Assembly: GCA_964016885.1 (NCBI GenBank)
Contig: OZ024741.1
Location: 54,498,001-54,562,000, forward strand
DNA: 64,000 bases
DNA from: Eledone cirrhosa
Lineage: Eukaryota
Direction of reading: 5' to 3'
Shown one piece after another: positions 28,325 to 42,930 of the stretch (position 1 is the stretch's first letter; each line of letters begins with the position of its first letter). The notes beneath the pieces are model-generated. The model was not told where the DNA came from and did no database searches. It saw nothing but the letters and a program-made list of their open reading frames with translations. Both the position numbers and the translations under genes were made by a program.

Positions 28325-28826
28325 TCCCACTCTCTCATCTACGAGAGAGTCCACACGATTATACCGTCTTCCAGTTAGCGCACACTATCAGGCTTAAGTC
28401 TATCAGGTTTGCGATAACTTACTATCATATTTTTTCACGGTTATACATTTGCCTGTTTCTTTGTCCTGTGTCTTCCCACGATGGGATCTGTTCACCTGTT
28501 CTTTTCTCCTCTTTTCCCTTCTCTCTTTCTTCCTTTCTCCTTACCACCTTTGTTCTTCTTCCTCTTCTCCCTCTTTTTCCTTACTTTTTCTCTCCTTTTT
28601 TTCTCTCCCTTTTGTCTTCTTTTCCTCCTGACCCTTTGATTAATAAAAGACCTTGGGCGCATCCGATCGCTACAGATGTCCTGTAATTCAGCGCCGAAAC
28701 ATCTGGATCGAGGATTTTTACAGCTGACGAAGGGTTCTTTCTTCTTTTCTCCTTTTGTTCCGTCCTAACTACCATCCTAAACCTTGTTTTTAGTAACCAC
28801 ACAGCTCCTTTCGTTTCGTATCATTA
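28325..28826 (+). mobile_element. Pyrimidine-rich ~500-bp non-coding insertion in (TA)n carrying a hammerhead-like motif (likely PLE terminal-repeat derived)
   Basis: Bounded by TA runs at ~28310-28325 and ~28826-28837; composition like the PLE 3' regions elsewhere in the window. Confidence 0.5.
28661..28735 (+). ncRNA. Candidate non-circularly permuted hammerhead ribozyme
   Basis: CAGATG-TC|CTGTAA ... CC-GAAA-CATCTG ... TTACAG-CTGACGA-AGG; stem III CAGATG/CATCTG, stem I CTGTAA/TTACAG, extension ATCC-GATC/GATC-GGAT. Confidence 0.7.
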
Positions 28827-29410
28827 TATATATATACTCTCCAGCCCCGCTGATAAGTCGGGAATTGCGCGATCAACAATCGATAATAGATGGAAAATAA
28901 ATTTTTTCAGAGTGGCAACTATATAGTCGATTGTACAGCAGGAATATACAACGTGATGAAATGAGACAAAGAGCAACAATAATAAATAATTAAAGGGAAA
29001 TCTCCTTTGACCGGCAACTGTCTCCGCCGGGTCTGGTTAAATTACAATATGCACCTTTGTAGTTGTTGAACATGCAATTAGATATTATCCAATAGGAGGC
29101 TTGCATTAGGCAGACATGTGAAACGTTGCAATGAACCTGGCGGCAGAGTTCTTCTCTGGAAATATGAAATGTATGCAAACGAGTTGGGAAACCAAACGTC
29201 ATACTGAAAGATTTTTCTTGAAGTGGACAGCGGATTGAAGGTAATGAAACATCAGTCGCCAATGCTGGACAGGGTGAGCTGGAGGTAGACCTTAGTCATG
29301 GCATTGGTAACGAATGTATTAACGAAGGAGTATATTTGTATGAATTTAACACATTTACGAAGCAGATTTTCAGAGAGAGAGTGAGAGGACTCTGCTCCCA
29401 CTATCCATCC

Positions 29411-29479
29411 AAGAAGAAGAAGAAGAAGAAGAAGAAGAAGAAGAAGAAGAAGAAGAAGAAGAAGAAGAAGAAGAAGAAG
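29411..29479. repeat. (AAG)n microsatellite
   Basis: Direct reading. Confidence 0.95.
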
Positions 29480-29851
29480 GAATTTGCAGAACTGTTATGG
29501 TCACTGCCATCCATACAGCCAAATAGCCACAACAGTGTTCACGTGGTTCCGTAATAGTAAACAAGATTCTATGGTTAGAATATCTGAATAGATTACTAGC
29601 TTAGAAGTAGACTATTTGAAATAAAGTTAAAATAGAAGTGTAGAAATAGGGCGTCCCTCCCTGTCCGGTGGCAAAACAGGCCGAATAATCAGGAATCATC
29701 CTATCAACTCTCAATGATGGAGGGAATAAACCGAGATAAACTGTTTTCTGCGTGGCAGCTACAAATTTAATTTCGAAACGGCATTCTACAGATGACATAG
29801 TCAAAGTGATGAAAGGAAACAGGGAATAACAACAAAACATGAAAATATCGT

Positions 29852-29916
<65 letters not shown>

Positions 29917-30016
29917 TCTGTGTGTGTATGTTTGTGTGTGTGTGTGTCTGTGTGTGTGTGTCTCTGTGTGTGTATGTTTGTGTGTGTGTGTGTCTATGTG
30001 TGTGTTTGTGTGTGTG

Positions 30017-30073
<57 letters not shown>

Positions 30074-30118
30074 CATATATATATACATACATAGATACAC
30101 CTATACATACATATATAT

Positions 30119-30738
30119 ATGTTTACAAACACACCGAGTATTATAATAAATGTTCGGTGAATCCATACGTACATATATATATGTCTGCATGTATGTATAT
30201 ATATATACATACTACTGTATGTCTGTATACATATATGTATGTACGTGTACATACTTATATTTAAGTAACAGCCGTACTAAGAGTGGGAAATGAAATTTCG
30301 TTTCATTTTTTCCGTTTATCGTTTTCGGTGCACCCGGCCGATTAACCCACTCGATATGCAAATTGGGCTACTCAGCCGTTAATATGCATAAGGTAAGTAT
30401 ATACGTTCAACAATCTGGCAGGAAGGTATACGTTGCTGATGGTAGCTAATAAGCTTGAAACTAGTACAGCGTTGCTTTGTCAGTGTTGAACAAATGAGCA
30501 ACGATGGTTGCTAGACACTACGGCTTAATACGGGATGTTTGTTTACAAACACACCGAGCATTATAATAAATGTTCGGTGAATCCATACGTACATATATAT
30601 ATGTGTGCATGTATGTATATATATATACATACTACTGTGCGTCTGTATACATATATGTATGTACGTGTACATACTTATATTTAAGTAACAGCCGTACTAA
30701 GAGTGGGAAATGAAATTTCGTTTCATTTTTTCCGTTTA
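30119..30738. repeat. Direct duplication of ~200 bp (30119-30319 / 30539-30738) with ~220-bp unique spacer, inside microsatellite
   Basis: GTTTACAAACACACCGAG...TTCATTTTTTCCGTTTAT occurs twice, 420 bp apart. Confidence 0.85.
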
Positions 30739-30912
30739 TATATATATATATATATATATTATGTGTGTATATATATAGATGCATGTGTGTCTGTGTGTGT
30801 GTATGCGTGCGTGTGTGGACTGTACCTGTAATTCAAACGGTGTACGTTGTCACAATGTCACACTGATTCTACACGGAGGTTATATTTATATATAGGTTTA
30901 TATACCCCGCCA

Positions 30913-30964
<52 letters not shown>

Positions 30965-30975
30965 ATGTATGTATG

Positions 30976-31142
<167 letters not shown>

Positions 31143-31934
31143 CAGATATATCTAATCATTTCTTTCGAGTATAAGTGGATTAAATGAATGAGTATTACGA
31201 ACTCATGTACACACATACATAGACAAACGGGCACACGCGTACACACACATACATATTAATGCTGGTGCTGGCATATACACACGACTGATATATGTACGGT
31301 AACATTACGTGAACATTTGCCTTTAAAAGCTTATATCAAACATACTTAGACATTTAGTTTGAAAGTCATTGCACACAGCAGTCGCAAATTCTCAGAAATA
31401 CAAGAAGGATAAGTAATGTGATAACGTTATCCATGTATATTTGGTCATTAATGAAGAATACTGGTAAAGATATACCCATAAACACAAAATATATATATTT
31501 GATCATAAAAACCGAAAGCCAGTGACGAAATAGCCATAAAGAGAGCAATGATATAAAATGTCATCCATTAAATAAATGGATTAAAACGATGTTTTACTTC
31601 GTCTAGCAGATGCATACAATATATTCAGGCAAACTTTATGAATAAGAACCAAAATTTCTGCCATAAAAAATAGAAACAAAATTAGCAGGGATTCTGTCAA
31701 AATCCCTGGTAATAAAATGTGTATTATTCAAAGAAATACATGGCAGAATGACAGTGCAGCTTTTATACTGTTTTACCTATAGTGGTGTGAGAGTGTCATT
31801 ATCAAAAGAAAAGAAATGTGAAAGGTTTCGTTTCATATCAGAGTGTAGTTTTTTACATTTCGTTCACTACTCATATATACGTTCGCTTGTCGGTACATAC
31901 AAATAGCTATAATTGTGCAAAATCATCTTAGGAT

Positions 31935-32005
<71 letters not shown>

Positions 32006-32007
32006 GC

Positions 32008-32043
<36 letters not shown>

Positions 32044-32047
32044 ATAT

Positions 32048-32237
32048 AACGAAGGAAATGTGGTAAGGAACCAGATGGAGCATAACGCACCAAAGTACTC
32101 AATACTTAGGGTAGTAGAGTGGGTAATAGGAACAAGTATGGGCCCGACGACAGAGCTCAAGCCGTTTCGACGGCTAATTCTGGAGTCCAGAATTAGCCGT
32201 CGAAACGGCTTGAGCTCTGCCGTCGGGATCATACTTA

Positions 32238-32240
<3 letters not shown>
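32048..32240. mobile_element. Tiny foldback of a PLE terminus (same family as 17981-20005 and 42737-46837)
   Basis: CCCGACGACAGAGCTCAAGCCGTTTCGACGGCTAATTCTGGA-G-TCCAGAATTAGCCGTCGAAACGGCTTGAGCTCTGCCGTCGGG, flanked by (TA)n. Confidence 0.85.
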
Positions 32241-32282
<42 letters not shown>

Positions 32283-32288
<6 letters not shown>

Positions 32289-34598
32289 TAAAATAACAGA
32301 TTAAAGTTTAAGCAAAGAATCACTGCTTTCACCCTTAACGGGATCTTCTGAAACTAGCAAAGTCAAACTGTGAACGCAGAAGTAAATATTTCAAAAAACG
32401 TTGCAACCGGAGGAAGACAGGAAGACGATACTTTGGTTCGTGGAAACGTTCTCTGGTAAAGAACGGGGAAAAAACGAATATAATACGTCATTATTTGGAG
32501 CGGTAAAAGACAATTACACGCAAAGACAAAACCACGTTTATGGTATAAAAGAAGTCTCTTCTACCATCTGCAAGCGACGCCTGGGCTGGTTTGGACACGC
32601 TTTGAGACTTCCCCCGGAGACACTGGCGAACCAAGTACTTAAATGGAGCCCGCAGAGAAGCAGACGGAGAGGGCGACCCAATATGAACTGGCGCCAGACA
32701 GTTGAGAGGCACCTGCGGGCGACAAACAGACAATGGCGGGACGCTGTGCAACTGGCTGCTGACCGAACGCGATGGAACACTATAATTGCCTCATGTCCCG
32801 CAAGACGCGGGAGCTTCTGAATCTGAGTTTGAGACTAATATTCTATTAGGTGGTTCATAGAGACGTTCTCTGGCAATGAACGGAAAAAACGAAGATAATA
32901 CGTCATATGTGGAGCGGGGAGAACAATTGCGCACAAAGACAAAACCACGTAAATGGTATAACTGAAGTCGTAGACTAAAATTCTAACTAGGAAAACGAAT
33001 GATTCTTGGCTTCAGAGTTAAGAATAAAGGAAATAAAATAAATAAAATACAGAGGTAATACAAATTAAATAAATACATACACGCATCCATATACGTACAT
33101 ACACAAGCATACGCGAAAATACTCGCCATAGGTATACAATTACACGCACGTACACAAAATTTAAAAAAACCCGCACGCACATACAGAACCCACGCAACGC
33201 CTGTACCTGCACGCATACGAATGTCTACACCAAATACACATAAAAATATATATTAAAAAAAATATATATATATGTGTGTGTGTGTGCGTGTATACATATA
33301 ATCTGAGGCAATTTCGGCTTGTAAACATAAATTGCACAAAACTTTCCTGTATTACAGCTCCACATTATACCCTAACGGATAGTACGATCTATACGCGGAT
33401 ATTTTACGCCTTGATGTGGTAGCTAAGTATATGTTATGTTTATACCATTATTTATTTGTATAGGTAAGTATATATTACCTGTATGTTTTGTGAAGGTACG
33501 TATACTTTCTCGTATGTATATTTGATTGTATATGTTATGGCGTATATATTATATATTCTGGTACATATGCTTTTGGTTATGTGTATACGTGAGTTTTGCG
33601 TCTGTGTGAGTATGCGGGTCCGTATGTAGCGTGTGTGTACATGTGTACTTTGTGTTTTGGTTGACAAAACATACAGGTAATATATACTTACCTATACAAA
33701 TAAATAATGGTATAAACATAACATATATTTAGCTACCACATCAAGGCGTAAAATATCCGCGTATAGTTTGTACCATCCGTTAGGTTATAATGTGGAGCTG
33801 TAATACAGGAAAGTTTTGTGCAATTTATGTTTACAAGCCGAAATTGCCTCAGATTATATGTATACACGCACACACACACATATATATATGTTTTTTTTAA
33901 TATATATTTTTATGTGTATTTGGTGTAGACATTCGTATGCGTGCAGGTACAGGCGTTGCGTGGGTTCTGTATGTGTGTGCGGGTTTTTTTTTTATTTTGT
34001 GTACGTGCGTGTATGTGTATACCTATGGCGAGTGTTTTCGCGTAAGCTTGTGTATGTATGTATATAGATGCGTGTATGTATTTATTTAATTTGTATTACC
34101 TCTGTATTTTATTTATTTTATTTACTTTATTCTTAACTCTGAAGCCGAGAAATATTCGGTTTCCTAGTTAGAATTTTAGTCTACGACTTCAGTTATACCA
34201 TTTACGTGATTTTGTCTTTGCGCGCAATTGTTCTCCCCGACCCACATATGACGTATTATCTTCGTTTTTTCCGTTCATTGCCAGAGAACGTCTCTATCAA
34301 CCACCTAATAGAATATTAGTCTACGACTTCTTTTATACCATAAACGTGGTTCTGTCTTTGCGTGTAATTCTTTTTCACCGCTCCAAATAATGACGTATTA
34401 TATTCGTTTTTTCCCGTTCTTTGCCAGGGAACGTTTCCACGTACCAAAGTATCGTCTTCCTGTCTTCCTCCGGTTGCAACCTTTTTTGAAATATTTACTT
34501 CTGCGTTCACAGATTGACTTTGTTAGTTTCAGAAGATCCCGTTAAGGGTGAAAGCAGCGATTCTTTGCTTAAACTTTAATCTGTTATTTTAATAAATA
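32283..34598. repeat. Large inverted repeat (arms 32283-33489 / 33665-34598); terminal piece recurs at ~36667-36733
   Basis: Arms are reverse complements from ATTTATTAAAATAACAG to TTACCTGTATGTTTT; begins at (TA)n. Confidence 0.85.
32556..32832 (+). mobile_element. 5'-truncated RTE-type LINE 3' end inserted in the left arm of the inverted repeat
   Basis: RRLGWFGHALR..VLKWSP..RRRGRP..WRQTVE..DRTRW C-terminal motif, short tctgaa/tctgag tail; absent from the right arm. Confidence 0.85.
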
Positions 34599-34660
34599 TT
34601 TGATATATATTTATCCTTATCGAGCCCTCTTTGGATTTTAGTCTTAAAATTTATTATTAT

Positions 34661-35770
<1,110 letters not shown>

Positions 35771-35810
35771 AGTAAGTATGTTTTGAAACAGTGAGCAGGT
35801 TTGAAATTAG

Positions 35811-35989
35811 AAAATAGAATAGCTTTCACCGTATTTTTGACTGAAGGAATTTTAGCCTGATATAATGGGGTTTAGAATCCTCAGATGAATGTACGCCAAT
35901 ACTCATCTTTTTGTATTTATCTGAGGGTTCTAAACCCCATTATCAGGCTAAAATTCCTTTAGTCAAAAATACGGTGAAAGCTATTCTAT

Positions 35990-35992
<3 letters not shown>
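35811..35992 (+). repeat. ~82-bp-arm hairpin with 18-nt loop
   Basis: Arms 35811-35893 and 35912-35992 are reverse complements. Confidence 0.9.
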
Positions 35993-36034
<42 letters not shown>

Positions 36035-36310
36035 ATATATATACATATATACATATAGAATATATATAAATCACGATAAATTAACGGAGGCAACAAACTT
36101 TTTGGTGAAACATATCTCTGGATTTGTACGTGTGTTATATAGTTATAAAGGTATTTATTTACGCTTTAATTTATATTTTTGATTATCGTGTCTATAGTCT
36201 GCCTTTCATAGGTTATAGATTCCATACACTGGTGGTTTTTTCCCTGTATTATTGATAACGCACTATATATCTCTCTCTCTGGTGTGTTACCTTCTCAACA
36301 TATTGTATTT

Positions 36311-36664
<354 letters not shown>

Positions 36665-37225
36665 AATTTATTAAAATAACAGATTAAAGTTTAAGCAAAG
36701 AATCGCTGCTTTCACCCTTAACGGGATCTTCTGGAAAAAAAAAACAATCTTAGTCTGCACATTTATTATTATATATATATATATATATATGGGGGGGATA
36801 TGTGTGTGTGGGAGTGTGTTTGTGTGCATATGTGTGTATGCGTGTGCGTTTGTGTTTCTGTGTGTGTGTGCGTGTGTGTGTTTGTGTATTAATAGCTGGA
36901 TGTTGCCTGAGGCTGTACTTCAACTTCAGTAGTGCTATCAAGCAAGGTATTTTTGGATGGCGAAACATCCCCGGAAATAAACTATCTATTCCCTACCACC
37001 TCGCCAGAACATTGTCGCCCATGGCCTTAATTAATCTGGTATATTGAGTTTTTTTCAATCTATGTACCCCGACCCAGTAATATATTAAATGGGACACGAC
37101 ATTTGAGAACATGTCACAAAAATGATTATAATCATTAATTATCCCTGCATTTGTTATAGCCGCTGTAGTTGATTTCATTATAGGTTTTGTGCTTGATGTT
37201 ATTGATGCTGTTATTGATATGGTGA

Positions 37226-37520
37226 AGGCGCATGGCTTAATGGTTAGAACGTCGGGCTTATAATAGTGAGGTTGTTAGTTTGATTCTCAGACCGGGCTTT
37301 GCGTTGTGTTCTTGTGCAAGACATTTTATTTCACGTTGCTCCAGTTTACTCAGTCGTAGAAATGAATTGCGACGTCTCTGGTGCCAAGATGTATCAGCCT
37401 TTACCTTACCGATGGACTACATCGGTGGAGTGAAAAGAGGAGACTGGTATGCATGGGTGACTACTGGTCTTCCACAAACAACCTTGCTCTGACCTGTGCC
37501 TCGGAGGAGAACTTTCTAGG
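37226..37520 (+). mobile_element. tRNA-derived SINE with CORE-like domain
   Basis: A-box-like TGGCTTAATGG, B-box-like AGTTTGATTCT, followed by CORE-like TGTGTTCTTGTGCAAGACATTTTATTTC. Confidence 0.65.
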
Positions 37521-38689
37521 TCTAGAGGGTCTTTACCTTTACCCCATTGTTATAGATTTGGTCATTGAGGTTGTTGTGGGTGTTTATGTGACTGATATAG
37601 TGGTTTTGATGTGGTTTTGTGTTTAATTGTCGTTTTAGTTGTTACCGTTGTTGTCCTTCTTGCTGGTGTGGCTTTTTATGATGTTTATATTATTGGGATT
37701 GTTTTTGTAAATTTGAATATGGTTTTAAGGCTGTTGCTATAGCTGTTGTGTTGTGGTTGTTGCTATATTTTTGTTGTTGTGTGGTGATTGTTGTTATAGT
37801 TTTTGAGGGGTTTCGGGTTGTTGCTATACGTAATTGTTAGTGCTGTGGTTGCTGATGTGTTTGTTGCTATAGTTGTTGTTGAGGTTGTGATTGTTGTTAT
37901 TGCGATTAATATTATTGTTGATGAGCGGCGGCTTTGAGTTATTGTTATAGTTGTTGTTGCTGTTGGTGGTGTTGTTATTTTAGCGTTGACTTCTAGCTCG
38001 GATGGTACAGACTCCTCTACTACTAGAGTTGTTGACATATACACTACCACCAATACCACAAATACAATATTTATAACAAAATCTTGGTGTATGGTCCACC
38101 ATTATAACCACCACACCACCACTACTACACCAGCACTACACCACCATCACAACTACAACAATAATATCTACAAAAGCAACATTTTGATGTATGATTAACC
38201 ACCTTTATCACCAACTCCACACAACCTCAACCACCTATATCACAACACCCACAACAACCCCATCAACAAAAGCAACATATTCACCGCCACTATCATAACA
38301 TCTACCTATACCTATACTACCACCACCACAACAATCACAACTTCCACCTATAACATGACAACTACAACAACCATATCAACGAAAGCAACATCTTCAACAT
38401 TACTATCATACCTCCTATCTACACCTATACTAGCACCATCACCAGAATAACATGTACAAAAGCCTCATCTTTACCAATGTACCATCACCACTATTACTAT
38501 CTCCCCCTATACCACCACAAATATGTCAACCACATCAGCAAAACAAATTCTTGACGTTTCACTACATCAATAAATGCCACCACCATCACTACGACCAAAT
38601 TGACATCTACAAACGCAACATCTCGATGTATGTATCGCCACCCCTATCAGCACCTCCTCGTATACCACCACAACCACAACAAGCATATA

Positions 38690-40111
38690 AAACCAGCGTA
38701 TTCACCACAGAACCAACGTATTCACCACAAAACCAACGTATTCACCACAGAACCAGCGTATTCACCACAAAACCAGCGTATTCACCACAAAACCAGCGTA
38801 TTCACCACAAAACCAACGTGTTCACCACAAAACCAACGTATTCACCACAAAACCAACGTATTCACCACAAAATCAGCGTATTCACCACAAAACCAGCGTA
38901 TTCACCACAAAACCAGCGTATTCACCACAAAACCAACGTATTCACCACAAAACCAGCGTATTCACCACAAAACCAGCGTATTCACCACAAAACCAGCGTA
39001 TTCACCACAAAACCAACGTATTCACCACAAAACCAGCGTATTCACCACAAAACCAACGTGTTCACCACAAAACCAACGTATTCACCACAAAACCAACGTA
39101 TTCACCACAAAACCAACGTATTCACCACAAAACCAACGTGTTCAGCACAAAACCAACGCGTTCACCACAAAACCAGCGTATTCACCACAAAACCAACGTA
39201 TTCACCACAAAACCAACGTATTCACCACAAAACCAGCGTATTCACCACAAAACCAACGTATTCACCACAAAACCAACGTATTCACCACAAAACCACCGTA
39301 TTCACCACAAAACCACCGTATTTACCACAAAACCAACGTGTTCACCACAAAACCAACGTATTCACCACAAAACCAACGTTATTCACCACAAAACGAACGT
39401 GTTCACCACAAAACCAGCGTATTCACCACAAAACCAACGTATTCACCACAAAACCAACGTATTCACCACAAAACCAACGTGTTCACCACAAAACCAACGT
39501 ATTCACCACAAAACCAACGTTATTCACCACAAAACGAACGTGTTCACCACAAAACCAGCGTGTTCACCACAAAACCAACGTATTCACCACAAAACCAACG
39601 TATTCACCACAAAACCAACGTGTTCACCACAAAACCAACGTATTCACCACAAAACCAGCGTATTCACCACAAAACCAGCGTGTTCACCACAAAACCAACG
39701 TATTCACCACAAAACCAACGTGTTCACCACAAAACCAACGTATTCACCACAAAACCAACGTATTCACCACAAAACCAACGTATTCACCACAAAACCAGCG
39801 TATTCACCACAAAACCAGCGTATTCACCACAAAACCAACGTATTCACCACAAAACCAACGTATTCACCACAAAACCAGCGTATTCACCACAAAACCAACG
39901 TATTCACCACAAAACCAGCGTATTCATCACAAAACCAACGTATTCACCACAAAACCAACGTATTCACCACAAAACCAACGTTATTCACCACAAAACGAAC
40001 GTGTTCACCACAAAACCAACGTGTTCACCACAAAACCAACGTATTCACCACAAAACCAGCGTATTCACCACAAAACCAACGTATTCACCACAAAACCAAC
40101 GTATTCACCAC
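38690..40111. repeat. 20-bp minisatellite (TTCACCACAAAACCA[A/G]CGT[A/G])n, about 70 copies
   Basis: Exact 20-bp register in the sequence rows; three 21-bp variants shift the frame. Confidence 0.97.
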
Positions 40112-40359
40112 AACAATCTCAACCTCTACCTACACCACACTACCATCACCAAAAATAACACGACTTCACCATTTATACCATCATTACCGCTATCCACGCC
40201 CCCACCACCAATAACACCATCCTTGTGCAATCCCCAACTATACCCGCCCCACCACTACAAAATCTATGGCAACATCTTGCTGTACCAACTAAAACCGCAG
40301 ACAAGATCACCTAGACCAGAAATAACAAGGGTAAGAATGTGGAAAAAAATCCTCCAATA

Positions 40360-41360
40360 CGTATGTATGTATGTATGTACATATGTATGTACATATGTAT
40401 GTACATATGTATGTATGTATGTACATATGTATGTATGTATGTATGTACATAAGTATGTATGTACATATGCACATATGTATGTATGTTCTTCTGGTTTTAT
40501 AATTTCACAAATATTTTCCCAATAGAGAGTCGGTTTCTAACATAGATACAATACTCTATGTATGTATGTATGTATGTATGTATGTATGTATGTATGTATG
40601 TATGCATTATGTATGTGTAGGTATGTATGCATGTATGTACATAACCATGTATGTTATCTCTTTCTCTTAATTTCGAGGATATTTTTTTGACCGGCCATCT
40701 TCCTGGCGGCAAGGTTGTAAAAGAAAAGAAATTGTCATCCCTTGAATCGCAAGAATGTTTTGCAAATTTTGAAGGTGCCAGCTATCGCAGCCATTTGTAG
40801 ACTATGAATTAGGGAGCTGCGCTCTTTGTCCGGAAATCCAAGTTCAGTCATACTTTGGTCCAAGCGGGTTGGTATATAAACCGTAGCTCCAATAATGATG
40901 GGTATGAAGCTAAAGGTGTATCTTGGATACTGGATTTGTAAAATATGTATGTATGTACGTATGTATGTATGTACGTATGAATGTATGCATTAGGTATGTA
41001 TGTATATATGTAGGTATTTACGTATGTATGTATGTACTATGTACTATGTATGGGCCTATGTGTGTATGTATGTGTCTATGTGTGTATGTGTGTATGTATG
41101 CATGTATGTGTCTGTGTATGTATGTGCGTACGTATGTACGTATGTATGTATTTAAGTGTGTTTTTATGCAAGTATGCAAGTATGCATGTATGTAGGTATG
41201 CAAGTATGTATGTATATATGTATGTATGCAAGTATGTATGTATATGTGTATATGCATGTATGTATTATGCAAGTATATATGTATGTATGTATGCATGTTT
41301 GTATGTATATGCGTATGTATGCAAGCATGATATATCTATTTATGTGTGTATATATGTGTG
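40360..41360. repeat. (TATG)n microsatellite region
   Basis: Direct reading; interrupted by unique sequence at ~40650-40940. Confidence 0.9.
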
Positions 41361-41524
41361 TATTCTGTTGTTGATATTGGGCTCTTACTGGCCTTTTCTT
41401 TCCTAACCTACCTCTCCTCCACACATTCTTACGTTCTCTCTCACTACACTCCTATCTTTTTCTCTAGCCGTCTCTTAATAGGAAGTTTCACACTTTGTGC
41501 GTGGCTCTCTATATATATATATGT

Positions 41525-42505
41525 ACTAGCAGCAGGACCCGGCGTTGTAAGTGGTAGGAAACGTGAAATAGCAACACACATATGCAAAGATTGAGGAATG
41601 TAGCTGTGTACTTTTTGAATTCCCTTATTCTCAGGGAATGATTGAGGAGTGACGTAGTCAATTGTGTGAAAACCAAGTAGGGATGTACGTTTAAGTAGGG
41701 ATATTTATGACGAAATCAGCGTGGAAACGCAGCTGCAGCAGAAGGGGGTCATAGTGCAATTAGCACAAACGCTGGGCGACACTGGTTGCACTGTGTTTAC
41801 ACAGCAACAAAGGTGCGACAAAAGGGGTCACCGCGGCTTTAGCACAACCGCTGTTTGGCATACTTGCGTAGGGCGTTCATACTCCGATGTAGGTGCAACA
41901 AAAAGGGTGTTAGTAGAAGTAGCACAGACGTGGGTTTTACGGTGTCAATAATACGTCAATGTACACAGGGCCCCGATTTGCGCGTGATGAAATCACGAAG
42001 CGTCAACAGGGCGCCGACAAAAATGTTAAGGTCCTCCTCATTTTCCCCGAAAATGGTCCTGCTTAAAAGTAAGTGTTGTGTCCTCTGTTAAATAAACCAA
42101 ATTTGTAACGAAATATTATACGCTACTTACGATGTTTAAGCAGCGTTTATATTAAAATGAAAATGGCATGTAATGCCCAATGTTAATTCGTAAATTTCCT
42201 AGAAACCATTAATGGAATCGGAAATTTGTTTTTGTTCACAGAAATGCGATAGGACTATCTAATGGGTGCTTCAAAATTCGAGGAAATCTGCTGGATTATC
42301 TTTAAGTCACGCATCAAAAAAGCCTAAAAATACTTTTAAAATGCGGTGTTTTGCCTAATGCTGGTCCTAGAGCAGTAACAGTTAAAATTATTTTAGCCCG
42401 TTGCATTTCAAGAAATATAAGTACCGCATGTGAAAATTTGAACAACATCGGTCTGGTACTTCTCGCTTTTACGGATTTACACATACAGACAGACACCCTC
42501 TGTTT
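41525..42505 (-). mobile_element. Possible non-autonomous Helitron-like element
   Basis: One end ACTAGCAGCAGGACCCGGCGTTG (CTAG 3' end on minus), other end ACAGACAGACACCCTCTGTTTTATATAT; pattern resembles invertebrate non-autonomous Helitrons; no coding capacity. Confidence 0.4.
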
Positions 42506-42602
<97 letters not shown>

Positions 42603-42607
42603 ATATC

Positions 42608-42722
42608 TATATTATATCTGTATTTCTTACCGTTGGTCAGTCAATGATAAACTTTCAGGACCAAATGAATTAACTGTGGAGATATAAAAGATACAGAGGC
42701 CAAAACCAACCAAACAGTGAGT
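42608..42722 (+). mobile_element. Diverged terminal fragment of the 11-15 kb PLE family
   Basis: CCGTTGGTCAGTCAATG...GATATAAAAGA...AAAACCAACCAAACA.TGAGT matches 14900-14993. Confidence 0.6.
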
Positions 42723-42831
42723 ATATATATATATATATAACGAAGGAGTTGTGGTAAAGAACCAGATGGACCAAAACGTACCAGAGTACTCACTACTTAG
42801 GGTAGTAGAGTGGGTAATAGGAGAAAGTATG

Positions 42832-42930
42832 ACCCCGACGGCAGAGCTCAAGCCGTTTCGACGGCTATTTCTGGACTAAAGTTAGAGTTTTTTTAGTCTG
42901 GTAAATAAATAGCCGAACTTATCAAGGGGT
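42832..42930 (-). ncRNA. Type I hammerhead ribozyme with U3-A8 variant core
   Basis: ACCCC-TTGATAA-G..CGGCTATTT/AAATAGCCG.C-GAAAC-GGC/GCC-GTC-GGGGT. Confidence 0.75.

Noticed and set aside
38690-40111. CRISPR-like array
   Set aside because: No unique spacers; eukaryotic context; no cas genes.
38452-40525. 568/641/358-aa overlapping ORFs
   Set aside because: All three frames are open because the 20-bp unit has no stop codon; no evidence of coding.
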